A stretch of DNA of 64,000 bases from Lentimicrobiaceae bacterium. Lineage in GTDB: Bacteria > Bacteroidota > Bacteroidia > Bacteroidales > UBA4417. Below are positions 27,947 to 37,863 of the stretch, piece by piece. The position numbers and the translations under genes are program-made. The notes beneath the pieces were generated by a model, which did no database searches, was not told the DNA's origin, and saw only the letters and a program-made list of their open reading frames with translations. Within the stretch, counting starts at the first letter, position 1. Every line of letters begins with the position of its first letter. The stretch is from the NCBI GenBank assembly GCA_041753535.1, contig JBGSUB010000019.1, forward strand, positions 917-64,916, given 5' to 3'.

Positions 27947-30079
27947 ATGAAAAAAATCTTACTCAGCTTATTAGCACTAATAGTTTCTGCAGGTCTGAAC
28001 GCCCAGGTTTTGCTTCAGCAGGATTTCAGCTCAGGTGTCTGGCCTCCTTCAGGATGGATGGTTTTTGGCAACCAGAGTAACTGGGCCATTTCGCAAAGCA
28101 ACAACGCGGGTGGAGTAATTTCCGAAGGCCGTACAAAAAGTACTCCGGCATTCAACGGAACCATGCGTTTCATTTCCCCGGCATCCAACACAAGCGGGTT
28201 GTCGCAGGTTATTATCCAGTTCAAACATATGTTCGATCATGTGGATGGCAACAGCGTCGCCTTTACATTGAGTGTTGCTACCCGTGCAGGGTCAGCCGGA
28301 ACCTGGAATACCGTTTGGACAAAAGCCGCCACTACTGATATTCAGGCTGAAACTGTTACCGTTCTGGTAAACAACTCGGATGTGGGCTCAGGTGCATTCC
28401 AATTTTGCCTGGTCGTGACCGGAAGCAGCCAGAATTTCAAAGACTGGTTCTTTGATGATATTACATTGCTCGACCCTTTGACCAATGATGCAGGAATGGC
28501 TAGTATCGGCGTTCCAATTATGTTTGTTGGCAACCAGGCAGTTGCAGGCAAGATCGTAAACGTAGGCGAAACAGCTATCAATTCAATAAAAGTAAACTGG
28601 TCGCTGGACGAAGGTGATATACATACCACCGCTTATACCGGGCTTAATATTGCTACCGGAAGCGAATATGCATATACCTGTACCGACTCAATAATTGCAG
28701 TCCCTGGTGTTTACGACCTGAAAGTCTGGGTTACGGAACTGAACGGAAGCACTACTCCGGATGATAATCCTGCCAATGATTTTATGGTCAAGAGCATTTC
28801 AGTTCCTGACCACCTCGTATACCGCAGGCCTATGTTTGAGGAATTTACCAGTTCAACATGTGGCCCCTGTGCCAGTTTCAATAACTCAACTTTTAACCCT
28901 TTCATAGCTGCACACGGAGATGAGATTACACTTATTAAATACCAGATGAACTGGCCTGGTTCAGGTGACCCATATTATACTGCCGAAGGTGGCGTTCGTC
29001 GTAACTATTATGGTGTAAATGCAGTTCCTGATCTGTATGTTGACGGCAAAGTTTGCGGGACCAACTCCACGGCTGTTAATAATGCTTTTAATACTTCCAA
29101 AGCTACTATGTGTTACCTCGAGGTTCAGTCGCAGCACGAAATACAGGGAAACAATGTAATTATCGACTGTAATATACTTCCTTATGCCAACTATAGCGGG
29201 GTAACTGTCCAAATTGCTGTAATTGAACGTAAAACCACCCAGAATGTTGCCACCAACGGCGAAACCGAGTTCCATAATGTAATGATGAAGATGGTTCCCG
29301 ATGCCAGTGGTACATTGGTTTCGCTTACCGCAAACCAGCCTTACAACCTCAAATATACAGTGGATATGACTGGTACGAATGTTGAAGAAATGGGCGACCT
29401 GATGGTTGTGGTATTTCTACAGGCATCAAACAAGGAAATACTGAATTCGGATTATATGCCCGAAACCGGTTCCATGATTATTTCGATGACACCCGCTGAC
29501 GGCTCATCCAATGTAGCTGTAAATACTCCGATGGTTATCACTTACCACCAGCCGGTTCGTATGAAAGACGGCAGTGCAATTACCAGCAGCAACCTGGCAT
29601 CAGTTCTTACACTGAAAGAGAATAATGCTTTGGGTACAAACGCAAGTTTTACTGCAACCATTAATGCTGCTAAAACTGTTATTACTGTTACTCCAGACCA
29701 GAACCTGAAATACAGCCAGCAGTATTACTTAAAAGTTGATTCGCTCGAGAATAACCTTGGTGTAAATACATTTGCTCAATCCTCAACTTTTACTACCGAA
29801 CTCAGTACGGTTAACCTGAAGGAGCCGAAAATCAGTTCAATACTTATTTATCCTAATCCTGCAAGCGATAGGATTTACATTAAATCGAACGAAATCTCGA
29901 AGATTAACAGGATTGAAATGCTGAACACTATTGGTAAAACAGTCCGTGTAGTTGAAAATCCGGTTTCAACATCCAATGAAATTACCCTCAAAGTAGCTGA
30001 TCTGCCATCGGGTATGTATTTTGTGCGGGTACTCAGCGAAGGCAATTCGCAGACTATGCGTGTACTGGTTACAAGATAA
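27947..30079 (+). CDS. Multidomain T9SS cargo: jelly-roll (choice-of-anchor-J/MAM-like) domain, Omp28/thioredoxin-like CxxC domain, SbsA-type Ig domain, CTD
   Basis: The start is refined to MKKILLSLLAL. The N-terminus reads QQDFSSGVWPPSGW. FEEFTSSTCGPCASFN carries the CxxC at 28859-28870. The Ig-like segment is ISMTPADGSSNV...YYLKVDS. The CTD is IYPNPASDRI...RVLVTR. Confidence 0.75.
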   Translation: MKKILLSLLALIVSAGLNAQVLLQQDFSSGVWPPSGWMVFGNQSNWAISQSNNAGGVISEGRTKSTPAFNGTMRFISPASNTSGLSQVIIQFKHMFDHVDGNSVAFTLSVATRAGSAGTWNTVWTKAATTDIQAETVTVLVNNSDVGSGAFQFCLVVTGSSQNFKDWFFDDITLLDPLTNDAGMASIGVPIMFVGNQAVAGKIVNVGETAINSIKVNWSLDEGDIHTTAYTGLNIATGSEYAYTCTDSIIAVPGVYDLKVWVTELNGSTTPDDNPANDFMVKSISVPDHLVYRRPMFEEFTSSTCGPCASFNNSTFNPFIAAHGDEITLIKYQMNWPGSGDPYYTAEGGVRRNYYGVNAVPDLYVDGKVCGTNSTAVNNAFNTSKATMCYLEVQSQHEIQGNNVIIDCNILPYANYSGVTVQIAVIERKTTQNVATNGETEFHNVMMKMVPDASGTLVSLTANQPYNLKYTVDMTGTNVEEMGDLMVVVFLQASNKEILNSDYMPETGSMIISMTPADGSSNVAVNTPMVITYHQPVRMKDGSAITSSNLASVLTLKENNALGTNASFTATINAAKTVITVTPDQNLKYSQQYYLKVDSLENNLGVNTFAQSSTFTTELSTVNLKEPKISSILIYPNPASDRIYIKSNEISKINRIEMLNTIGKTVRVVENPVSTSNEITLKVADLPSGMYFVRVLSEGNSQTMRVLVTR

Positions 30080-30236
30080 ATCTATCTTTATATTTTTAAA
30101 AAAGGCTGCCTGTTTACCGGTGGCCTTTTTTATTTCCGTTCTTACAACCTCTTCACAAAACTTTCTTCGGAGTATATCACTTTTTTGCTGAAATTTGACA
30201 TCCGAAAAGACACTGCCACCAAAAGAGTAATCACCT

Positions 30237-33200
30237 ATGAAAACCATTACACTGATAAGCCTTCTGCTTTCACTTACGTTATCCGGCCTGGCTGGTAAAG
30301 TTGAGCAGGTATACCATTTTGAGAAACCTTCTGTTCGCCATGCTGATGAATACCAGATGTTTGATCTCAACAATACCATGCTTACTGCATTGCCGGGTCA
30401 GCCTGCATTGCCATACCGCCAGGTTAATCTTATGCTTCCACCTGGCGAATCAGCCACAGGCATCGAAATCATTTTTTCCGATGAAGTAGTGCTACCCGGA
30501 ATATTTAACCTATATCCTCAACAGGAAGTTCGCCCTGTGTCAGCCGGCAGCTCCGGAACTTTTATAAAAGACAATGCTGTTTATAGCCGGAATGTTTCGC
30601 TGCCAGCTGATCCGAAGGGGCAGTTGATAACCGCTTTCCTGAATGGCCGCTCATTTGCGTTGACAACCTTTACACCTGTTCGTTACAATCCCGTTACCGG
30701 AAAACTGTCCTATTACTCTGCTGCCCGCGTTGTTGTTCACACAGCTCCTTCAGAAAAGGCATCAATGGCTTTGAAAAATCTTAACCTCCATAACCCTGCT
30801 GCTGTAAAACTGGCAGATAATAAATCAATGGAGCAGGATTATAAAAGCCGGAAACAGTCCACTACCACCAATTATGACCTGTTGATCATCACTCCATCTG
30901 CTTTTGCAAATTCCTTCAACAATTTAAAGGAGAATTACATGAAAGAAGGAATCACATCACTTGTGGTTACCCGCGACAGCATAACCACAACCATGACAGG
31001 GATGGATACACCCGAAAAGATCCGTAATTTCATTATCCAGGAATACCAGACACACGGAATACAATATGTATTGCTGGGCGGTGATGATGAACTTATTCCT
31101 CACCGGGGATTTTACTGTTATGTTGTTTCCGGATCAGGATATACGGATCAGAATATACCTGCCGATCTTTATTACTCAGCACTCGATGGCAACTGGAATT
31201 CCGATGGCGATGAATTTTGGGCTGAACCCGGCGAAGACGACCTTTTGCCGGAAGTGGCAGTGGCACGCATGCCTTTCAGCAATGCCAGTGAGCTTAACAA
31301 AATGCTGAATAAAAGTTATAAATACCAGTTTACGCCCATTTTAGGCGAGTTCAGAAACATACTTATGGCAGGTGAAAACCTCTGGTCGAATCCTGACACC
31401 TGGGGCAGCGATTACCTGGAGTTGCTTAAAGGTGAACGGTCGGATAACGGGTACACAACCACCGGCATTCCGACAGATTTCAGCTTCGACCATATGTATG
31501 ACGAAACTACTTACTGGACCGGTCAGGATCTGATGAATCACCTGAACCAGGGACGCCCCATGCTGAACCATGTTGGTCATGCCAACGAAACTTATGTAAT
31601 GAAACTGAGTAACGGAGATATTACCAATTCAAACTTTTCCGGACTGAATGGGATAAACCATAATTTTACTATTGTTTACACGCATGGCTGCTTATGCGGT
31701 GCATTTGATTACAACGATTGTATTGCCGAAAAAATGGTCACCATCGATAATTTTGCAGCTGCTTTTATCGGGAATTCCCGTTTTGGCTGGTTCAACGAAG
31801 GGCAAACCGAAGGTCCCTCGGCTCACCTGCACCGCGAATACATGGATGCATTGTACACAGATAGCCTCAACCGCATAGGCTGGGCTCATATGGAATCGAA
31901 AATTGCTACCGCTTCGTGGGTAACGGCTCCGGGACAATGGGAACCTGGTGCATTACGTTGGTGTTTCTACGATTGTAATGTGTTGGGCGATCCGGCTTTG
32001 GCAGTTTTTACTGATAATCCTTTAACAATAAATACGTCTTACCCAAGCAGTATTCTTATCGGAACAAGCTCGATGAGCGTTGCCGTTACATCCGGTGGAC
32101 TACCGGTTAACGGGTTAAATTGTGTAGCCATGAAAAGCGGGGTTGTCATCGGGAAATCTACTACCGATGCAGCCGGCCAGGCCGTTATCACCTTTGATGT
32201 CTTGGTTCAGGATCCGGGCGATGCCGAACTCATTGTTTCCGGCTACAACTGCGTTCCAACCATCTACAATTTTGCTTTTTTAGCAGTCGCAGGACCATAT
32301 GTGGTGTACGCACAAAGTACGGTAAATGACCCGTCAGGAAACCTGAACAACCAGCCTGATTATGGTGAAACAATCCTGTTAACAAACGGCATGAGAAATA
32401 TTGGCGGCAGCGATGCCATAAATGTTTTGGTAACGCTCACAAGCACCGATCCTTATGTAGCAATCACTGACAGTACCGAACTTTATGCATTGGTAGCTGC
32501 CGGCGATACTGTTACTATCGTTAATGCCTTTACATTCGCTATCTCAAATACTATTCCCGACGGGCATATAATAAATTTTGTATTAAAAGCAAGTGCCGGA
32601 AGTGATTGGATATCAGAGTTTTCACTCAGTTGTTTAGCGCCTGCACTTGCTGCAGGAAGCCTTATAATTGACGATGTTTCCGGCGGCAACGGCAATGGCA
32701 GGCTCGATCCCGGCGAAACTGCCACATTTATTATTCCTTCATTTAACAACGGAAGCAGTGCCTGCAGCAACACAACAGGGACCATTGCAACAACCAATCC
32801 CTGGATCAGTATTACGTCACCGGTATTTCAAATAGGAGCTCTTGAAGCAGGAACATCAGCGAATGCCGGGTTCGAAGTGCAGGTGAGCAGCGATGCACCT
32901 GTGGCAACGATTGTTGAACTGGACTATGTGCTTTCTTCGGGTGGTTACTTTGCAAATGCTACTTATTTTCCAGCAATCCGCCTGATAGTCGAAGACTTTG
33001 AATCCGCTGATTTTGAAGAATTTCCATGGCCTGTTTTCGGGCAGAATTTCTGGAAAATCACAAACACTTCACCGCTCGAAGGATTGTATTGCAGCAGATC
33101 GGCTCCGATTGCTCACAGCCAGTCATCCACTATGGATATCAGGCTTAATGTGCTTGCCGATGACAGCATCTCTTTTTATTCCAAAGTTTCGTGCGAAGAG

Positions 33201-33686
33201 ATTTTTGATAAACTGAAATTTTACATCGACATTCAACCTATGAACGAATGGTCGGGGACAATACCATGGCAACGTTACAGCTACCCGGTTACCGCAGGAG
33301 TGCACACCTTTAAGTGGGTATATTCAAAGGATCAATATACATCCTCGGGAGAAGATTGCGCATATGTTGATTTCATAGTATTCCCGGCTTTTGTTGATTA
33401 CACGGGTAAGAATGAACTCACTCCAGACCATGCAGCGCTGGAAATATCGCCTAATCCTGCTTCGGAAAAAATAAATATAGATGCATCAATCGGGCCGGAT
33501 ACCAGGCTGATATTCCGCATTTACAACAGCGAGGGCAAAACAGTATTGACATCGAAAGAAATATATACCGATGGGAATGGCAGCGCAAAACATAGTTTCG
33601 ATGTTTCCGGTTTAAAACCAGGATATTATACCTGCGAAATTATATCGGAAAACATTAACATTTCGAGGCCTTTTATTGTTAATTAA
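30237..33686 (+). CDS. Peptidase C25 (gingipain family) with Ig/CARDB-like modules, jelly-roll module and T9SS CTD
   Basis: It has a signal peptide and a propeptide-like N-terminus. The core reads YDLLIITPSAF...YVLLGGDDELIPHRGF. The candidate catalytic His is in NHVGHANE and the Cys in YTHGCLCGAFD. The CTD is ISPNPASEKI...RPFIVN. Confidence 0.85.
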   Translation: MKTITLISLLLSLTLSGLAGKVEQVYHFEKPSVRHADEYQMFDLNNTMLTALPGQPALPYRQVNLMLPPGESATGIEIIFSDEVVLPGIFNLYPQQEVRPVSAGSSGTFIKDNAVYSRNVSLPADPKGQLITAFLNGRSFALTTFTPVRYNPVTGKLSYYSAARVVVHTAPSEKASMALKNLNLHNPAAVKLADNKSMEQDYKSRKQSTTTNYDLLIITPSAFANSFNNLKENYMKEGITSLVVTRDSITTTMTGMDTPEKIRNFIIQEYQTHGIQYVLLGGDDELIPHRGFYCYVVSGSGYTDQNIPADLYYSALDGNWNSDGDEFWAEPGEDDLLPEVAVARMPFSNASELNKMLNKSYKYQFTPILGEFRNILMAGENLWSNPDTWGSDYLELLKGERSDNGYTTTGIPTDFSFDHMYDETTYWTGQDLMNHLNQGRPMLNHVGHANETYVMKLSNGDITNSNFSGLNGINHNFTIVYTHGCLCGAFDYNDCIAEKMVTIDNFAAAFIGNSRFGWFNEGQTEGPSAHLHREYMDALYTDSLNRIGWAHMESKIATASWVTAPGQWEPGALRWCFYDCNVLGDPALAVFTDNPLTINTSYPSSILIGTSSMSVAVTSGGLPVNGLNCVAMKSGVVIGKSTTDAAGQAVITFDVLVQDPGDAELIVSGYNCVPTIYNFAFLAVAGPYVVYAQSTVNDPSGNLNNQPDYGETILLTNGMRNIGGSDAINVLVTLTSTDPYVAITDSTELYALVAAGDTVTIVNAFTFAISNTIPDGHIINFVLKASAGSDWISEFSLSCLAPALAAGSLIIDDVSGGNGNGRLDPGETATFIIPSFNNGSSACSNTTGTIATTNPWISITSPVFQIGALEAGTSANAGFEVQVSSDAPVATIVELDYVLSSGGYFANATYFPAIRLIVEDFESADFEEFPWPVFGQNFWKITNTSPLEGLYCSRSAPIAHSQSSTMDIRLNVLADDSISFYSKVSCEEIFDKLKFYIDIQPMNEWSGTIPWQRYSYPVTAGVHTFKWVYSKDQYTSSGEDCAYVDFIVFPAFVDYTGKNELTPDHAALEISPNPASEKINIDASIGPDTRLIFRIYNSEGKTVLTSKEIYTDGNGSAKHSFDVSGLKPGYYTCEIISENINISRPFIVN

Positions 33687-33806
33687 ATGAATTGAATCAG
33701 GAGTCCGGTCATGTTTTTTTGAATTAAGATCGATGCTTCTTCAAATACTTATGCAATGATTCACTCAAATTTGATTTTATATCCAAAATAAATACCCACA
33801 TCCGGC

Positions 33807-36800
33807 ATGAATACAATTGGGATAGTTCAGCAACAAATCAGTAAATGGAGAAACTTCCCGGTTCTTTTCTGTTTTTTTGTACTCCTTTCTATATCAGTTA
33901 TCCACCCTGACATAAAGGCGCAGGGGTATATGCCTGCCAGTGATGTTCCGCCAAAATACATTCCCGATACAAGAATTGATAATATGGGCTATTGGCGCCG
34001 CATGGCTGAGTTGGGACTTGTTCCCGTACAGGCTGTGAAACGGGCACCTCCCGCAATTAATCGAAGTTCGAAGCTTTCGGCTCCGGGCATAGCCACGTAT
34101 GATTCTCCTGATATACGGGTAACAGAAACCAATTCGTTGCAGTCGGAGAACTCCATTTTTGTTCATCCCGAAAATGGCCTGATCCTGCTTAACTCAAACA
34201 ATTCGCACCCGGCTCCTTATGTAGGAACGCAATTCGGGGCCGACGCATTGCAGAGTGATGATGGTGCTGCAACATGGGAAGGAACTATACAGGGAGCAGG
34301 AGGTTATAATTTCGGCGATCCAACCACGGCTATCAGCCGTTCAGGAAGAATGTTTGTAGGGTATATTTTTTCGGGAGGCGGCCAGGGCGTTTCTTATTCC
34401 GACGATTTCGGCCAAACCTGGAAGAAAAGGGCTGTGGCACCGGCTCCGGGCGGAATAGGCAGTATCCTCGATAAAAACCATTTATGGATTGATAACAGCC
34501 TCACCAGTCCTTATACCGGATATTTGTACGATGGATGGACAGTGATTGGCGGAGGTAGTGCGGGTTCGGGGCACTTGCAGGTTTCACGCTCTATGGATGG
34601 AGGACTTGCCTGGCAAAATCCGGTTACTATCAGCGCTAATGTAGCAGCCGGAAGCCATAACCAGGGTATAAATATACATACCGGCCCCGAAGGTGAGGTT
34701 TATGCAGTTTGGGCCATTTATGATAACTGGCCGGCAAACGAGAAAGCACTTGGATTCGCCCGTTCTTACACTGGAGGGCATACCTGGCAGCCGGCTTCAC
34801 GGATAATAGATAATATCAAAGGAATCCGCCTTCAGGGAGTAAATAAACTCATGAGAGTGAATTCTTTTCCCTCTATGACGATTGATATCAGCAACGGCCC
34901 CGACAGAGGCAGTATATATGTGGTTTGGGCGAATTGTGGTGAGCCAGGGATCAATGAGGGAACGGGAATTGATATTTACTTGATGAAATCGAAAGACAAG
35001 GGTGATACCTGGAGTGCACCGATAAGGATAAATCAGGATGCTACAGGTCTGGGGAAACAGCACTATTTCCCCTGGATTACCTGCGATCCTGAGAACGGTA
35101 ACCTTGCCATAGTATTTTACGACGACAGGAATGTGCCTGACGATATGTGCGAGACCTGGGTTGCAGTTTCAAAAAACGGAGGATTGTCGTGGCAGGATTT
35201 CAGGGTGAGCGATGTAGCATTTACACCACAACCCCTCACCGGAATGTCTGATAACTATTTTGGCGATTACTTAGGCAATGCGTCAAAGGGTGGTATGGTA
35301 TATCCCTGCTGGACGGATAACCGCACTGGCGAAGCAATGGGATATGTGTCGCCATTCAGGATCGGACCACCGCCGGGGCAACCTTATATTGACTATTATA
35401 CACACCTGGTAAATGATACATTATCAGGAAACGCTAATGCCAAAGCTGAAGCAGGCGAAACATTTGCACTTTCGCTCACCATGAGGAATATAGGTGATCA
35501 GCCCGATAGTTCGGTAAATGTAACACTCAGCTGCGAATCATCTTATGCACAGATTTTGAATAACAGTCAGTATTTTGGTGATTTTGGAACCGGGGAGTTG
35601 AAAAGCATTCCTCAGTCATTTCTGATCAGATTGTCCGATTCAATACCTGATGATTACGAACTTGTTTTCACGCTGAGTTCAACAGATCAGTCGGACAGCA
35701 CTTTCCTCAGCAGTATGGTTATACGTTCACATGCACCGCATTTGAGTATAGGTCCGTTATTCGTGATTGATAACGGGGGAAATGGCAATAACCAGCCCGA
35801 TCCCGGTGAATCAGTAATTCTGGGCAGCGTACTTACCAATACCGGGGATTATCATATTGATTCTGCCAAAAGCCGGCTTTCCACTACACAAGCATTCTGC
35901 CACATCATCAATCCAGAGGTTATTTCTACACAATTATCACCGGGCCAAAGCGATACTGTTTTCTGGCAGGTTAATATCGATGAATCGGTTGCCGCAGGCA
36001 CAGCAGCCGGATTTACTGATAGCCTGAGTTATTCGGGACAACTTACTAAAAGATTGTTTCTGAAAAAGATAGGAGTGCTTACCGAAGACTGGGAATCCGG
36101 CGACCTTTCGAAAATGGCCTGGAAAACCGGTGGCGCCAAATCCTGGAATATCAACAATTTCAAGGTGTATGAAGGCACCTATAGTTCGAGGTCAGGATAT
36201 ATCAACAGTCTTGATACTTCTTCTTTATACATTACCTTGAACCTTGCAGCCGACGACAGTATATCATTTTACCGAAAAGTATCGTCAGAGCTCAGTTATG
36301 ATTTTCTGAATTTTTATATCGATAAGATGAAAGTCGGGCAGTGGTCGGGAGAGAAAGATTGGGCCCGGGTTTCATTTCCGGTGCCTGCGGGCATTCACAC
36401 CGTAAAGTGGGATTATGTTAAGGACCTTGGCCTGAGTGTAGGCTTTGATGCTGCCTGGATCGATTTTATTGAGTTTCCGGTTCAGCAGCGTACCACAGCT
36501 GATGCCGGTGCCGATGCCCGTATTTGCGGAGGCAACACTTTTCAGCCAGATGCTACCGCCACCAATTACATCACATTGAAGTGGAGCACAACAGGCACAG
36601 GATTTTTTAACGATCCAGGCATAATTAACCCGAGATATTATCCCAGCCCGGCTGATCTTGAAGCCGGAACAGTACAACTTATCATTACTCTTACAGGCTT
36701 TTCGTATGGCGAAATTGTTAGTGATACATTGGTATTGACTTTTGCACCTAAACCCACTCTTGATGCCGGACCCGATTCATTTACCTGTACAGGTGAAGTT

Positions 36801-37775
36801 TTCGTCACATCAGCAAATGCAACAAATTATATTTCAGCACACTGGTCAACTTCAGGTGACGGTAGTTTCGATAATGCCGATACTTTACTAACAACTTATA
36901 CACCCGGAGCTACTGATATTCTTAACAAAAAAGTAAGACTAATCGCACATATTGAAACAGAAGCTGTATGCAGTCAATTGCTTGATACATTAATTCTGAA
37001 TATTTATCCAGGATTTACAGCAGAGTTAAGTGGTGATACTACTATCTGCAAAGGCGATACAACTTTTCTCAAACTCCAGTTGAACGGGCAGGGGCCATGG
37101 AGAGTATATGTTTCAGATGGGAGTAGTATCAACCTGGTGAAACCGCAGTTGTATATTCCTGTTGCACCGGTTATTACCACTTTATACAGTATTGATTCTA
37201 TTACCAATGCTGCCGGATGTACTTTCCGTTCGATGCTGAAAGCCCAGGTTAACGTGATGCAACCTCCTGTTATTGAGATGCTTGGTCCGGTGGAAAGCTG
37301 CCAGGGTAAGCAGGTTATTCTGGAAGCAAAAGCTGATAGCGTGTCGGTTTATAGTTGGACTCCTGTTGAAGCATCCACCCCGGTTATCAATCCTGTTGTT
37401 TCAGGCAATTTCGGTGAAATAAAAAAATACTCCGTTTATGTTACAGGTATAAACGGTTGTACCACTTCCGATTCCCTTGCGATAAAGATTGTGACAGATT
37501 GTACCGAAAAGAAGGCAGGAGATATGGATGTAAGGTTTTACCCCAACCCGACGAACGGTGATTTTACACTGGTGCTTTCTTCAACCGTAGCTGAATCAGC
37601 GAATGTAAGCATCAGTTCAATGGATAATAAACTTGTTTATCTGCTCGAGAACATACAGGTACTCGGAGTAAATTCCATAAGGATAAACCTGGAATCGGTT
37701 GCCCAGGGAACATACCTGATTCAGATCCAGTGTGGTAGCGGTGAATTGAAGGATAAGATTGTAATAAAGAAATAA
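33807..37775 (+). CDS. BNR/Asp-box (sialidase-fold) giant surface protein with Ig/CARDB-like, jelly-roll and duplicated DAGxD..C modules and T9SS CTD
   Basis: Five Asp-boxes are present: SDDFGQTW, SMDGGLAW, YTGGHTW, SKDKGDTW, SKNGGLSW. The CTD is FYPNPTNGDF...KIVIKK. Confidence 0.8.
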   Translation: MNTIGIVQQQISKWRNFPVLFCFFVLLSISVIHPDIKAQGYMPASDVPPKYIPDTRIDNMGYWRRMAELGLVPVQAVKRAPPAINRSSKLSAPGIATYDSPDIRVTETNSLQSENSIFVHPENGLILLNSNNSHPAPYVGTQFGADALQSDDGAATWEGTIQGAGGYNFGDPTTAISRSGRMFVGYIFSGGGQGVSYSDDFGQTWKKRAVAPAPGGIGSILDKNHLWIDNSLTSPYTGYLYDGWTVIGGGSAGSGHLQVSRSMDGGLAWQNPVTISANVAAGSHNQGINIHTGPEGEVYAVWAIYDNWPANEKALGFARSYTGGHTWQPASRIIDNIKGIRLQGVNKLMRVNSFPSMTIDISNGPDRGSIYVVWANCGEPGINEGTGIDIYLMKSKDKGDTWSAPIRINQDATGLGKQHYFPWITCDPENGNLAIVFYDDRNVPDDMCETWVAVSKNGGLSWQDFRVSDVAFTPQPLTGMSDNYFGDYLGNASKGGMVYPCWTDNRTGEAMGYVSPFRIGPPPGQPYIDYYTHLVNDTLSGNANAKAEAGETFALSLTMRNIGDQPDSSVNVTLSCESSYAQILNNSQYFGDFGTGELKSIPQSFLIRLSDSIPDDYELVFTLSSTDQSDSTFLSSMVIRSHAPHLSIGPLFVIDNGGNGNNQPDPGESVILGSVLTNTGDYHIDSAKSRLSTTQAFCHIINPEVISTQLSPGQSDTVFWQVNIDESVAAGTAAGFTDSLSYSGQLTKRLFLKKIGVLTEDWESGDLSKMAWKTGGAKSWNINNFKVYEGTYSSRSGYINSLDTSSLYITLNLAADDSISFYRKVSSELSYDFLNFYIDKMKVGQWSGEKDWARVSFPVPAGIHTVKWDYVKDLGLSVGFDAAWIDFIEFPVQQRTTADAGADARICGGNTFQPDATATNYITLKWSTTGTGFFNDPGIINPRYYPSPADLEAGTVQLIITLTGFSYGEIVSDTLVLTFAPKPTLDAGPDSFTCTGEVFVTSANATNYISAHWSTSGDGSFDNADTLLTTYTPGATDILNKKVRLIAHIETEAVCSQLLDTLILNIYPGFTAELSGDTTICKGDTTFLKLQLNGQGPWRVYVSDGSSINLVKPQLYIPVAPVITTLYSIDSITNAAGCTFRSMLKAQVNVMQPPVIEMLGPVESCQGKQVILEAKADSVSVYSWTPVEASTPVINPVVSGNFGEIKKYSVYVTGINGCTTSDSLAIKIVTDCTEKKAGDMDVRFYPNPTNGDFTLVLSSTVAESANVSISSMDNKLVYLLENIQVLGVNSIRINLESVAQGTYLIQIQCGSGELKDKIVIKK

Positions 37776-37863
37776 ATCTCCTTCTTTTAGAAGTAAAATT
37801 GTTGAAATGCCTGGTATGGATTAAAGCTTTTTTACCCATTTTGCAACTCCGGTATTTTGAATT

